A DNA stretch of 32,000 nt from Erysipelotrichaceae bacterium (GCA_963676105.1 OY781039.1:210001-242000); one strand, 5' to 3'; numbered from the stretch's first letter, positions 8,444 through 17,676 are shown. Numbers and translations: made by a program. The notes: a model not told the origin generated them from the letters alone.

Positions 8444-9848
8444 GGACTCACTATTTGATTTAGATAAGATGCATGAAGAATGTGGTGTCTTTGGGGTTTA
8501 TAACGTTAAAGATGCTTCTAACTTAAGCTATTATGGTCTACATGCTTTACAACACAGAGGACAAGAAGGGGCAGGTATTGTCGTTTCAGATGGCTCTAAA
8601 CTTTTAAGTCACAAAGCTGAAGGATCGGTTCGTTCTGTTTTTAGCGAAGAAACTTTAAAATCATTAACAGGACAAAATTCAATTGGTCATACCCGTTATT
8701 CAACCACTGGTGGTGGTGGATATGTCAATGTGCAACCTTTCCACTTCAAACATGGTACAGGTGATTTTGCACTCTGCCATAATGGAAATATTGTTAACTC
8801 TGAAGGGGTTAAACGTAATTTAGAAAATAAAGGTTCTATTTTTCAAAGTACCTCTGACACCGAAATTTTAGCGCATTTAATTATGTTGAATGCGAAAGGG
8901 CATCGTATTGATGCGATAAAAGAAGCACTGCTCTATTTAGAAGGTGCTTTTGCGTTTTTAATTCTCACTAAAGATAAACTCTATGCGGTACGTGATCATC
9001 ATGGTCTTAGACCCTTATCCATTGGGACATTAGATGATGGTTATGTGATTGCCTCTGAAACCTGCGCATTTGATGCGATTGGAGCTAAATTTTTACGTGA
9101 TGTTGAACCGGGTGAAATAGTGACATTCTCTGAAAAAGGGATGGAATCCATGTATTATTCAGAAGATTTAAGACATCATATGTGTGCCATGGAATATATT
9201 TATTTTTCACGTCCTGATAGTGATATTGTCGGTTTAAATGTCCATCGTTTCAGAAAAGAAAGTGGCCGTATTCTAGCTCAAGAATCACATGTTGAGGCGG
9301 ATATGGTTATCGGTGTTCCAGATTCATCTTTATCGGCTGCAAGTGGATACGCTGAAGAAACGGGTATTCCTTATGAAATGGGACTCATTAAAAATAAATA
9401 TTCTGGTCGTACTTTTATTGAACCTTCTCAAAAGTTAAGAGAAAAGGGCGTAAAGATGAAGTTATCACCCGTTCGATCAGTGGTTCAAGGTAAACGTATT
9501 ATCTTAATTGATGACTCGATTGTTCGTGGTACTACATCTATTCAACTCGTCACAATGTTGAAGGAAATGGGCGCAACAGAAGTTCATATGCGTATTGCAT
9601 CTCCACCTATTGTCGCACCATGTTTCTATGGTGTCGATACTTCAACGTATGATGAACTGATTTCAGCAAAACATAATGTTGAAGAACTTCGTAAAATACT
9701 TGGTGCCGACACACTTGCTTTCTTATCCAAAGAAGGTGTCATGAAAGCTACTGAAGACAGAGGATTGTGTATGGCTTGTTTTACGAAAGACTATCCAACA
9801 CATCTCTATCAAAAAATTAAAAATGCCAATAAAGATGGCAAATTCTAA
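8436..9848 (+). CDS. purF: Amidophosphoribosyltransferase, [4Fe-4S]-type with N-terminal propeptide
   Basis: The Ntn nucleophile CGVFGVY follows a 15-residue leader. PRPP loop is RIILIDDSIVRGTTS. Cluster cysteines sit in HHMCAM, APCFYG and CMACF. Confidence 0.93.
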   Translation: MTKDSLFDLDKMHEECGVFGVYNVKDASNLSYYGLHALQHRGQEGAGIVVSDGSKLLSHKAEGSVRSVFSEETLKSLTGQNSIGHTRYSTTGGGGYVNVQPFHFKHGTGDFALCHNGNIVNSEGVKRNLENKGSIFQSTSDTEILAHLIMLNAKGHRIDAIKEALLYLEGAFAFLILTKDKLYAVRDHHGLRPLSIGTLDDGYVIASETCAFDAIGAKFLRDVEPGEIVTFSEKGMESMYYSEDLRHHMCAMEYIYFSRPDSDIVGLNVHRFRKESGRILAQESHVEADMVIGVPDSSLSAASGYAEETGIPYEMGLIKNKYSGRTFIEPSQKLREKGVKMKLSPVRSVVQGKRIILIDDSIVRGTTSIQLVTMLKEMGATEVHMRIASPPIVAPCFYGVDTSTYDELISAKHNVEELRKILGADTLAFLSKEGVMKATEDRGLCMACFTKDYPTHLYQKIKNANKDGKF

Positions 9849-9857
9849 GGAGGGCTT

Positions 9858-10883
9858 ATGAGTAAACATTATGACGCAAGTGGCGTACATTTAGAAGCAG
9901 GTTACGAATCTGTTAGACGTATACAAAAACATGTACAAAGAACCTTTAATAAAGGGGTCATGAGTAACATTGGCTCTTTTGGGGGTTTGTTTGATTTAGC
10001 AAAATATCAAATTAAAGATCCAGTACTTGTGAGTGGAACTGATGGTGTGGGGACTAAATTAAAAATAGCTTATATGTTAGATAAACATGACACCATTGGC
10101 ATCGATGCAGTCGCGATGTGTGTGAATGATATTTTAGCGCAAGGTGCGCGCCCTCTATTCTTTTTAGATTACTTAGCTGTGGATGAAAATCATCCAGAGA
10201 AAATTGAACAAATTGTTAAAGGTGTAGCTGATGGTTGTGAACTTTCAGGGTGCGCTTTAATTGGTGGAGAAACAGCTGAAATGCCAGATGTCTATTCAGA
10301 AGGTGAATATGATATTGCGGGCTTTGCGGTGGGTGTTGCAGAACGTAGCCAACTCATTTCCCCATTAAACGTTAAAGAGGGTGATGTGGTTATTGGACTT
10401 GCAAGTTCTGGTTTACATTCCAATGGTTTTTCTTTAGTGCGTAAAATTTTATTTAAAGATAATCAAATTGATTTAGAAACTCAAGTAGGGAATAAAACAC
10501 TCGCAGAGTGGTTATTAACCCCAACTAAAATTTATGTTAAAGAAGTGGCTGATTTGATTGATCAAATTGATGTACATGGATGTGCACATATTACGGGTGG
10601 TGGATTCTATGAGAACATGCCACGTTGTCTTCAAGAGACACAAGGTTTAAAAATTACTAAAGGCACATGGGAAATCCCAGAAATCTTTAACTACCTACAA
10701 AACTTAGCCAATATTGAAGAAGATGAAATGTATCATGTCTTTAATATGGGTATTGGTTTTATTGTGATAGTTGATGAAAAAGATGTTGAAGCGACTTTAG
10801 CTCATTTTGAAAAGGGAACACATCAAGCTTCAGTTATTGGGAAAGTCACTTCAGAAACAGGAATTGTATGGCAATCAAAATAG
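9858..10883 (+). CDS. purM: AIR synthetase
   Basis: Contains SGTDGVGTKLKIA, the AIR-synthase N- and C-domain pattern, and a GGAGG RBS. Confidence 0.93.
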   Translation: MSKHYDASGVHLEAGYESVRRIQKHVQRTFNKGVMSNIGSFGGLFDLAKYQIKDPVLVSGTDGVGTKLKIAYMLDKHDTIGIDAVAMCVNDILAQGARPLFFLDYLAVDENHPEKIEQIVKGVADGCELSGCALIGGETAEMPDVYSEGEYDIAGFAVGVAERSQLISPLNVKEGDVVIGLASSGLHSNGFSLVRKILFKDNQIDLETQVGNKTLAEWLLTPTKIYVKEVADLIDQIDVHGCAHITGGGFYENMPRCLQETQGLKITKGTWEIPEIFNYLQNLANIEEDEMYHVFNMGIGFIVIVDEKDVEATLAHFEKGTHQASVIGKVTSETGIVWQSK

Positions 10884-11446
10884 CCATTTTTGCCTCAGGA
10901 AGTGGATCTAATTTTGAAGCCTTAGTCCGTGCCATTAATCGTGGTGAACTAAAAGCAGAGTGTGCAGGTTTAATTGCTGATAAGAAGAATGCCTTTGCGC
11001 TTGATAGAGCTGAAAGATTAGGCATTGAAGCTCATTTCATTAATCCTAAAGAGTATAGTGACAAAGCAGGCTACGAAGAAGCTATTCTGAAACAATTAAA
11101 GACATGGAATGTTGAATATATTGTGCTGGCGGGTTATATGCGCTTAATTGGTTCTACGCTATTAAGTGCCTATCCGAAGAGAATTATAAACATTCATCCA
11201 TCTCTTTTACCGAAATACAAAGGTAAAGATGCTTTAGGCCAAGCTTTAGCTCAAAAAGAAAAAACAGTGGGCATTAGTGTTCACTATGTTGATGAAGGTA
11301 TGGATACAGGTGAAATCATCGAACAATTTGCCTTTGACATAAACCCTGAAGTTGATCGTCATCAAATTGAAGAAGTTTTACATGCACATGAACATGTGTT
11401 TTATACAAGTGTTTTAAATAAACTATGGAAGGAACAAACAAAATGA
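10868..11446 (+). CDS. purN: GAR formyltransferase
   Basis: Contains IAIFASGSGSNFEAL, INIHPSLLP and VDEGMDTGEII. It overlaps the purM end by 16 nt. Confidence 0.92.
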   Translation: MAIKIAIFASGSGSNFEALVRAINRGELKAECAGLIADKKNAFALDRAERLGIEAHFINPKEYSDKAGYEEAILKQLKTWNVEYIVLAGYMRLIGSTLLSAYPKRIINIHPSLLPKYKGKDALGQALAQKEKTVGISVHYVDEGMDTGEIIEQFAFDINPEVDRHQIEEVLHAHEHVFYTSVLNKLWKEQTK

Positions 11447-12975
11447 AAAAACGCGCGTTAATATCACTCAGTGATAAATCTGGTTTAGAACCACTACTAA
11501 AGGCATTTGACTTAGCAGGTGTAGAACTCATCTCAACAGGTGGAACTAAAAAAGCCATTGAAAAAGCAGGATATAAAGTTTTAGGAATTGAAGAAGTGAC
11601 CAATTTCCCTGAAATGTTGGATGGACGTGTTAAAACCCTTCATCCAATCGTACATGGCGGTTTACTTTTTAGACGTGATTTAGAAAGTCATGTGAAACAA
11701 GTCGAAGAACACAATATTCAATCTATTGATTATGTTGTGGTTAATTTATATCCATTTTTTGAAACCATCTCAAAACCTAATGTGACATTTGATGAAGCGA
11801 TTGAAAATATTGATATTGGTGGTCCTTCTATGCTTAGATCTGCCGCTAAAAATCATGATGCAGTAACGGTTGTTTGTGATCCAAGTGATTATGCAGAACT
11901 CATTGAAGAACTCAATGCACATAAGGAAACTTCCATTGGTTTTAGAAAACGTTGTGCCGCTAAAGTCTTTAGACAAACCGCTGCTTATGATTCAATGATT
12001 GCCGAATATCTAACGAAACAAAATGGCGATAAATACCCTGAAAGCTTTACGGAAGGTTTTAAACTTAAACAAATCTTACGTTATGGGGAAAATCCTCATC
12101 AACAAGCCGCATTCTATGAATCACCATTTGCGGAAAAATACAGTGTTGCGCATAGTACGCAGCTTCAAGGGAAAGAACTTTCCTACAATAATATTCAAGA
12201 TGCGAATAGTGCACTTCAATTATTATCCAGCTTTGAAAAACCAGCCTGTGTTGGTTTAAAACACATGAATCCATGTGGTGTGGCTGAATCCAATGATCTT
12301 TATGATGCATGGAAAAAAGCTTATGAAGGTGATCCAGTTTCTATCTTTGGTGGTATTGTTGCGTTTAACCGTGAAGTAACTGCTGAAATTGCTAGTTCAC
12401 TTACTGAATTATTCTTAGAAGTAATCTTAGCTCCAAGTTATTCTGAAGATGCGAAAGCAATTTTTGCCAAAAAGAAAAACTTACGCGTTTTAGTGTTCAG
12501 TACTGAAGGACGTGATCTTCCACATTTATCTGTTCGTGTTAATGGAGGACTTTTACTACAAGATTATGATTCAAAAATTACAGACCCTAAAGCTTATTCA
12601 TGTGTGACTAAAGTACAAGCTAAACCTGAATGGTTAGTTGATTGTGTCTTTGGTGAAAAAGTGGTTAAGCAAGTTAAATCTAATGCAATAGTAGTGGTGA
12701 AAGGTTCACAAAGCTTTGGGGTTGGTGCAGGTCAAATGAATCGTGTCGGGGCTGCAAAATTAGCACTAGATCAAGCTGGTGAAAATGCGAAAGGTGCTGT
12801 CCTTGCATCAGATGCTTTCTTCCCGATGGATGATACCGTTAGACTTGCAGCTGAATATGGCATCGCTTGTATTATTCAACCAGGTGGTTCAATTAAAGAT
12901 CAAGCAAGTATAGATGCTTGTGATGAACTTGGTATTTGTATGGTCTTTACGGGTGAAAGGCACTTCAAACACTAA
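11443..12975 (+). CDS. purH: Bifunctional AICAR transformylase / IMP cyclohydrolase
   Basis: N-terminus reads MKKRALISLSDKSGL (MGS-like domain), and LDGRVKTLHP is present. The ATG at 11443 forms an ATGA overlap with the purN stop. The track start at 11425 lies inside purN. Confidence 0.92.
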   Translation: MKKRALISLSDKSGLEPLLKAFDLAGVELISTGGTKKAIEKAGYKVLGIEEVTNFPEMLDGRVKTLHPIVHGGLLFRRDLESHVKQVEEHNIQSIDYVVVNLYPFFETISKPNVTFDEAIENIDIGGPSMLRSAAKNHDAVTVVCDPSDYAELIEELNAHKETSIGFRKRCAAKVFRQTAAYDSMIAEYLTKQNGDKYPESFTEGFKLKQILRYGENPHQQAAFYESPFAEKYSVAHSTQLQGKELSYNNIQDANSALQLLSSFEKPACVGLKHMNPCGVAESNDLYDAWKKAYEGDPVSIFGGIVAFNREVTAEIASSLTELFLEVILAPSYSEDAKAIFAKKKNLRVLVFSTEGRDLPHLSVRVNGGLLLQDYDSKITDPKAYSCVTKVQAKPEWLVDCVFGEKVVKQVKSNAIVVVKGSQSFGVGAGQMNRVGAAKLALDQAGENAKGAVLASDAFFPMDDTVRLAAEYGIACIIQPGGSIKDQASIDACDELGICMVFTGERHFKH

Positions 12976-14207
12976 TGGAAAGAGTTTTAGTCATTGGTAG
13001 TGGTGGGCGTGAACATGCGCTTGTCGATGCCTTTGTAAAATCGAGTACAGTTGAAGAAGTCTTCTGTTGTCCAGGTAATGCCGGCATCGCTAAACAAGTC
13101 ACTTGTTTTGATGTTGATATGCTTGATTTTGAAGCTTTAAAGAAAATTATCAAAGAAAATAAAATATCACTCGTATTTGTAGGACCTGAAATGCCTTTAT
13201 CCAAAGGGATTGTTGATGCGCTTCAAAATGATGTCGTCATCTTTGGACCAAATCAAAAAGCGGCTCAAGTTGAAGCATCAAAAGCATTTGCGAAAGACAT
13301 TATGCATCGCTATAATATCCCAACTGCTGCTTATCATGTAGTACATAATCAAAAAGAAGCATTAGATGTGTTAGCACAAAATCCTGCCCCAATTGTCATT
13401 AAAGCCGATGGCTTAATGGCTGGTAAAGGGGTTGTCGTTGCGCAAACTGATGAAGAGGCAAAAGAAGCTATTTTAAATCTTTTCCCAAGTGAAGATATTG
13501 AAGGTCAATGTGTTATTGAAGAATGTTTGATTGGTGAAGAGTTTTCATTAATGAATTTAGTTCATGAAGACAAAATCATTTCGCTTCCTGTCGCAAAAGA
13601 TCATAAGCGTGCTTATGATAACGATGAAGGACCAAATACAGGCGGTATGGGAGCCTTTTGTCCCGATCCTAATGTGAGTGATGAAGATATTCAAATCACC
13701 CTAGATACGATTGTTAAGCCTATGGCAGAAGCGATGATTAAAGAAGGTGTACCATTTACTGGTGTTCTATATGCAGGACTAATGAAAACAGCTAAGGGTA
13801 TATATACGATTGAATTTAATGCGCGTTTTGGTGATCCTGAAACAGAAGTTATCTTGCCACGCGTTAAAACAAACTTAGACAAACTGGTTCACGCAGTTTT
13901 AAACAAAGAAGATATTGAAGTAGAAATCGATGATCAAGCAGCCTGTGCGGTGGTATTAGCCTCAAAAGGTTATCCAGGCAAAACAGAAACCAAAACTGAA
14001 ATTAAAGGCTTAGATGGCTTAAAAGTTTATCATATGGGTACATCAATGGTCGATGGAAAGCTAACCAATACGGGTGGTCGTGTTTTGTCCGTTTTAGGTT
14101 TTGGTAATAGCGCAAAAGAAGCACGTGAAAAAGCTTATGAATCTGTTAAACAAATTGATGCGCCGCAACTCTTCTATCGCAATGATATTGGAAAGAGTAT
14201 AAAATAA
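12975..14207 (+). CDS. purD: Phosphoribosylamine-glycine ligase
   Basis: Contains VLVIGSGGREHAL and an ATP-grasp body. It forms a TAATG overlap with the purH stop. Confidence 0.93.
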   Translation: MERVLVIGSGGREHALVDAFVKSSTVEEVFCCPGNAGIAKQVTCFDVDMLDFEALKKIIKENKISLVFVGPEMPLSKGIVDALQNDVVIFGPNQKAAQVEASKAFAKDIMHRYNIPTAAYHVVHNQKEALDVLAQNPAPIVIKADGLMAGKGVVVAQTDEEAKEAILNLFPSEDIEGQCVIEECLIGEEFSLMNLVHEDKIISLPVAKDHKRAYDNDEGPNTGGMGAFCPDPNVSDEDIQITLDTIVKPMAEAMIKEGVPFTGVLYAGLMKTAKGIYTIEFNARFGDPETEVILPRVKTNLDKLVHAVLNKEDIEVEIDDQAACAVVLASKGYPGKTETKTEIKGLDGLKVYHMGTSMVDGKLTNTGGRVLSVLGFGNSAKEAREKAYESVKQIDAPQLFYRNDIGKSIK

Positions 14208-14219
14208 TAAATGAATTAA

Positions 14220-14246
14220 AATACCTACACATCAAATGTAGGTATT
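14220..14246 (+). terminator. Hairpin after purD (partial terminator or processing site)
   Basis: AATACCTACA-catcaaa-TGTAGGTATT forms a ~10-bp stem, but the tail is U-poor (TAATCTTTAAT). It lies only about 10 nt before the RBS of the next gene. Confidence 0.4.
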
Positions 14247-14268
14247 AATCTTTAATGAGGTGAAGTAT

Positions 14269-15213
14269 ATGGCTCTTAGTAGAAGCAAGGTAGTGATTGT
14301 TGGTGTCGGGAATGTTGGTAAAGCACTAGCACATCAATTGGTTATTCAACAAACCTGTGATGAACTTGTGTTGATTGATCGAGACGCGGATAAAGTTTGG
14401 GCAGAAGTTACGGACTTAAATCATTCCTTAGGATATTCTGATACAAAAATGAAAGTGTCCTTAGGTGATTATTCTTCCTGTAGTGATGCTGATATTGTCG
14501 TTTTGAGTGTGTCAGCTCCTTACAAAGTGGGAATGACTCGCTTAGATATGTTAGACAGCGCAAGTAATATTATTAAACAAATTGTTCCGCAAATTATGGG
14601 AAGTGGGTTTAAGGGCATATTTGTGGTTATTACAAATCCTGTTGACGTCATGTCTTATCTAGTTCATAAATTATCTGGGTTAGAATCAAACAAAGTCATT
14701 GGCACGGGAACGTCTTTAGATTCAGCACGACTCAGAGTTTATTTAGCTGAACTCATTGGAGTTGATCCACGAAGTGTTGATGCGCTATGTATGGGTGAAC
14801 ACGGAGATACGCAAATGATTCCTTGGAGTCAAGTGAGTGTTGGCGCAAAGAAATTCTATGATATTTTAGAAGATAATCCTGAGCGACTTAAAAACGTTAA
14901 TGTTGACACAATTAAAAATGAGATTACACAAGTCGCGTATGATGTAGTCGTAAAAAAAGGTGCAACTAATTATGGTATTGCCTCGGTTGCTTCAAATATT
15001 ATTAAAGGAATTATTAAAGATATACATATCGTTATGCCTGTATCAACTCAATTAAAAGGAGAGTATGGTCATTCAGATATCTTTATTGGGGTACCTGCCG
15101 TTATTAGTCGTGAAGGGGTAAAAGAAATTGTGAGTTATCATCTAACGCAAGATGAGCAAGCACAATTTGATCATTCTGCAAGTATTTTAAAAGAGATAAT
15201 ACAAAAAGTATAA
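14269..15213 (+). CDS. L-lactate / L-2-hydroxyacid dehydrogenase family protein
   Basis: Contains the Rossmann motif VVIVGVGNVG and the NAD Asp in LVLIDRD. Catalytic landmarks are ITNPVD, LDSARLR, GEHGD and KGATNYG. I prefer the ATG at 14269 (GAGGTG RBS) to the GTG at 14260. Confidence 0.85.
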   Translation: MALSRSKVVIVGVGNVGKALAHQLVIQQTCDELVLIDRDADKVWAEVTDLNHSLGYSDTKMKVSLGDYSSCSDADIVVLSVSAPYKVGMTRLDMLDSASNIIKQIVPQIMGSGFKGIFVVITNPVDVMSYLVHKLSGLESNKVIGTGTSLDSARLRVYLAELIGVDPRSVDALCMGEHGDTQMIPWSQVSVGAKKFYDILEDNPERLKNVNVDTIKNEITQVAYDVVVKKGATNYGIASVASNIIKGIIKDIHIVMPVSTQLKGEYGHSDIFIGVPAVISREGVKEIVSYHLTQDEQAQFDHSASILKEIIQKV

Positions 15214-15215
15214 TT

Positions 15216-15257
15216 AAAAACCTATCATCAGATTGATACGTCTGAGGATAGGTTTTT
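15216..15257. terminator. Bidirectional intrinsic terminator
   Basis: AAAAACCTATCATCAGA-ttgatacg-TCTGAGGATAGGTTTTT forms a ~16-bp stem with one mismatch, with A and T runs on both sides. It lies between convergent genes. Confidence 0.8.
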
Positions 15258-15263
15258 ATATTT

Positions 15264-16682
15264 TCAATTAACTCTAAGTGTGGCCATCATCCCTGCTTCT
15301 TCATGTTCTAAAATATGACAGTGATACATAAAGAGTCCTTTATGATCGAATTTTACGAGTAATTGTACAGTTTCTCCATTTCGAACATAAACTGTATCTT
15401 TATAACCCTGATCATTAAGCGGTGGGGCAGCCCCGTTAATTGAGATTACTCTGAATTGTGTTGAATGAATATGGAAAGGGTGACCTGGGGTACTCATCAT
15501 ACCTGAATTTACACTAACTTCCCAAATTTGATATTCGCCTTGATTGATTTCTGAATCAATTCTAGCAGGATCAAATTGTTTTCCATCGATGGCAACAAAC
15601 ATTCCCATCGCATCTAATTCAACAGTTTTTGTACGTGTGACAAGCGATAAATCGATCTCTTCATATTGATTAAGAGTTGGTGGTAATTCACTTGTTTCAT
15701 CCACTAGATTTTGAATATGATAATCTACTAAGAGTTTATCTTCGCTAAGTAGTTGAAGGGTATCACCTTTACTATATTTAGAGAAATCAATAATGATTTC
15801 TGCACGCTCACCAGGTGCTAAAAAGAGATTATCCATTTCAATAGGAGATTCAAGCAAACCACCATCTGATGCGATTTGATAAAAACTACTATTATCAGAT
15901 AAATGTAAATTGAAATTACGTGCATTAGCACCATTTACAATTCTAAATCTGATAAGTTCTTGATTAACATCTAAATAAGGGTTAATTGCCCCATTAACAA
16001 TCATCCGATTACCAAGTGCACCATCCATTGAGTCGATATAAATAAATTGATTATTAGAGTCAAATGCACGATCTTGTAAAATTAATGGAATATCATTAAC
16101 ACCATAATCACTTGGTAAATTTAATGATTTTGAATTTTCGTCTTCAACAATAAATAAACCGGCCAAACCTTGATATACCTGAGTCGCAGTAGTTCCCATC
16201 ACATGGGGATGAAACCATAATGTAGCCGCTTGTTGATCAACCACAAAACTTGGATTCCAAGTGTCATTCGCATTTATAACTTGATAAGGTCCACCATCTT
16301 CGGGTCCATCTACTTCTAAACCATGCCAGTGTACTGATGTTGAATCGCTAAGCTGATTATCTACATGAACTCTAACTTCATCGTAACGATCAACTTTGAT
16401 GACAGGTCCAAGATAATTTCCATTGTAGCCTAATGTTTGTGTAGCTTGTCCATCAAGAAAATTTACTTCTCCTTTTTGAACAGTTAAGTTAAATTCACTA
16501 ATCCCATCTTCTGGATTAATGTCTTCTAAGAGTGCAGGGATAGGCAAAGGCTTATTTTCAAATGAAGTTGAAAGATTACTATTTTGGTTTGTTTGAATAA
16601 ATAGATTAGGAAAGAAGACAAAGCTTAATCCAACAATTGAAACTAAAGCGACAAGCGTTAAGATACTAATTTTCTTTAACAT
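15264..16682 (-). CDS. Multicopper oxidase (three-cupredoxin type), N-terminal signal/anchor
   Basis: All four copper-ligand motifs are present: HWHG, HPHVMG, HPFHIHS and HCHILEHEEAGMM. The N-terminus is hydrophobic (MLKKISILTLVALVSIVGLSFVFF), with no twin-arginine motif and no lipobox Cys. Confidence 0.88.
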   Translation of the reverse strand: MLKKISILTLVALVSIVGLSFVFFPNLFIQTNQNSNLSTSFENKPLPIPALLEDINPEDGISEFNLTVQKGEVNFLDGQATQTLGYNGNYLGPVIKVDRYDEVRVHVDNQLSDSTSVHWHGLEVDGPEDGGPYQVINANDTWNPSFVVDQQAATLWFHPHVMGTTATQVYQGLAGLFIVEDENSKSLNLPSDYGVNDIPLILQDRAFDSNNQFIYIDSMDGALGNRMIVNGAINPYLDVNQELIRFRIVNGANARNFNLHLSDNSSFYQIASDGGLLESPIEMDNLFLAPGERAEIIIDFSKYSKGDTLQLLSEDKLLVDYHIQNLVDETSELPPTLNQYEEIDLSLVTRTKTVELDAMGMFVAIDGKQFDPARIDSEINQGEYQIWEVSVNSGMMSTPGHPFHIHSTQFRVISINGAAPPLNDQGYKDTVYVRNGETVQLLVKFDHKGLFMYHCHILEHEEAGMMATLRVN

Positions 16683-16691
16683 GATTAATCC

Positions 16692-16916
16692 TTAAAGATC
16701 CATATTATATTTTCGTATCGATGCATCATAGCCTAATGATTTAATCGTACGAATAATTTGAGCTGGATTGGTTTTATCTTCCTTGAATGACACTTCAGCA
16801 GTTTTTTCTGAATAGTCAAATTCAATATTTGTGACACCTTGTTTCTTTAAATCAATTTCAATTCTATTTAAACAAGATACACATGTGTATCCATCAATAT
16901 TTAACTTTGTTCTCAT
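16692..16916 (-). CDS. copZ: Heavy-metal-associated (HMA) copper chaperone
   Basis: A 74-aa protein with the metal-binding loop GYTCVSC near the N-terminus and a ferredoxin-like pattern. A GGAGGTAA RBS is present. It ends 9 nt before the oxidase gene. Confidence 0.8.
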   Translation of the reverse strand: MRTKLNIDGYTCVSCLNRIEIDLKKQGVTNIEFDYSEKTAEVSFKEDKTNPAQIIRTIKSLGYDASIRKYNMDL

Positions 16917-16931
16917 AAATTTACCTCCAAT

Positions 16932-16948
16932 ATACCCATGTGGGGTAT
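16932..16948. promoter_or_regulatory. CsoR-type operator (ATACCC-N5-GGGGTAT pseudo-palindrome)
   Basis: ATACCCATGTGGGGTAT lies 16 nt upstream of the copZ start. It closely resembles the GC-rich CsoR boxes described for Bacillus and Staphylococcus cop promoters (TACCC…GGGGTA). It is embedded in AT-rich promoter-like sequence (TATATATAAT). Confidence 0.6.
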
Positions 16949-16991
16949 ATATAATATGGTAAACCTATTTATTAAACTATTCAAGTAATGT

Positions 16992-17019
16992 AATAAAAAA
17001 CATCCAATATCGGATGTTT
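16992..17019 (-). terminator. Intrinsic terminator of the bactofilin gene
   Basis: On the minus strand, AAACATCCG-atattg-GATGTTT is followed by TTTTTTATT. It begins about 10 nt after the stop codon. Confidence 0.7.
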
Positions 17020-17028
17020 AATAAATAA

Positions 17029-17526
17029 TTATTCTTCTTCAGTTGTTTCAGCAACTTCTTCGACGACCGGTTTTTCAGGCATTAACATTTTAAAGTTACC
17101 ATCGATTTTAGCACCCGCTTCAATTGAGACAACAGCACAGGTGACATTACCTTCAACGACTGCATTTTCTTTCAAAGAGATTGAGTTGCGAGCCGTTACG
17201 TTACCAACAACTTTACCTGCAATCTTAATATCATAAGCCTCAACATCCCCAGTAATTTTGGTATTAATATCAACGCTTACAGATGATTCACAGCTTATGT
17301 TTCCATTGACTTCGCCACCTAACATTGCTGAAGTTGCTTTTATATCACCTTCAACTAATGATGAAACAAATGTTTCGATGTTATCACGTGTTGTGATATT
17401 ACCTTTGACCTTACCTTCTAAAACAATGAGATTATCTGATTCAATATTACCAGTAATACTCATGCTTTCAGTAATAATAGATACATTCTCACGGTCTGCT
17501 TGTTCGTTAAATTTTGTCATGTCCAT
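17029..17526 (-). CDS. Bactofilin (polymer-forming cytoskeletal protein, DUF583/CcmA family)
   Basis: Contains repetitive beta-helix rungs (ITGNIES…LEGKVKGNITT…VEGDIKAT…GGEVNGNISC…ITGDVEA…IAGKVVGNVTA…VEGNVTC…GAKIDGN). The C-terminal tail is acidic. An AAGGAGG RBS is present. Confidence 0.8.
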   Translation of the reverse strand: MDMTKFNEQADRENVSIITESMSITGNIESDNLIVLEGKVKGNITTRDNIETFVSSLVEGDIKATSAMLGGEVNGNISCESSVSVDINTKITGDVEAYDIKIAGKVVGNVTARNSISLKENAVVEGNVTCAVVSIEAGAKIDGNFKMLMPEKPVVEEVAETTEEE

Positions 17527-17642
17527 AGACCTCCTTTATTTGAATTTATATAGAACTTTACTTATATTAATATAACCTTAAAATCTATTGATTTCCATGA
17601 AATAAGTGTAATTTTATTTAAATTTGCCTTAATTAAACGTTT

Positions 17643-17670
17643 TTGTGAAATTTAGGACTAATGTTACAAT
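17643..17670 (+). promoter_or_regulatory. Sigma-A-like promoter with extended -10
   Basis: TTGTGA, then a 16-nt spacer, then TGtTACAAT. The -10 element ends only 6 nt before the ATG at 17677 and there is no Shine-Dalgarno, which suggests a leaderless mRNA. Confidence 0.45.
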
Positions 17671-17676
17671 AAAAAC

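Noticed and set aside
17562-17575. Perfect 14-bp palindrome TTATATTAATATAA in the bactofilin/zinc-ribbon intergenic region
   Set aside because: It is composed only of A and T within AT-rich intergenic DNA. By rough estimate, a chance occurrence somewhere in the window's non-coding sequence is not unlikely. No matching regulator is encoded nearby.
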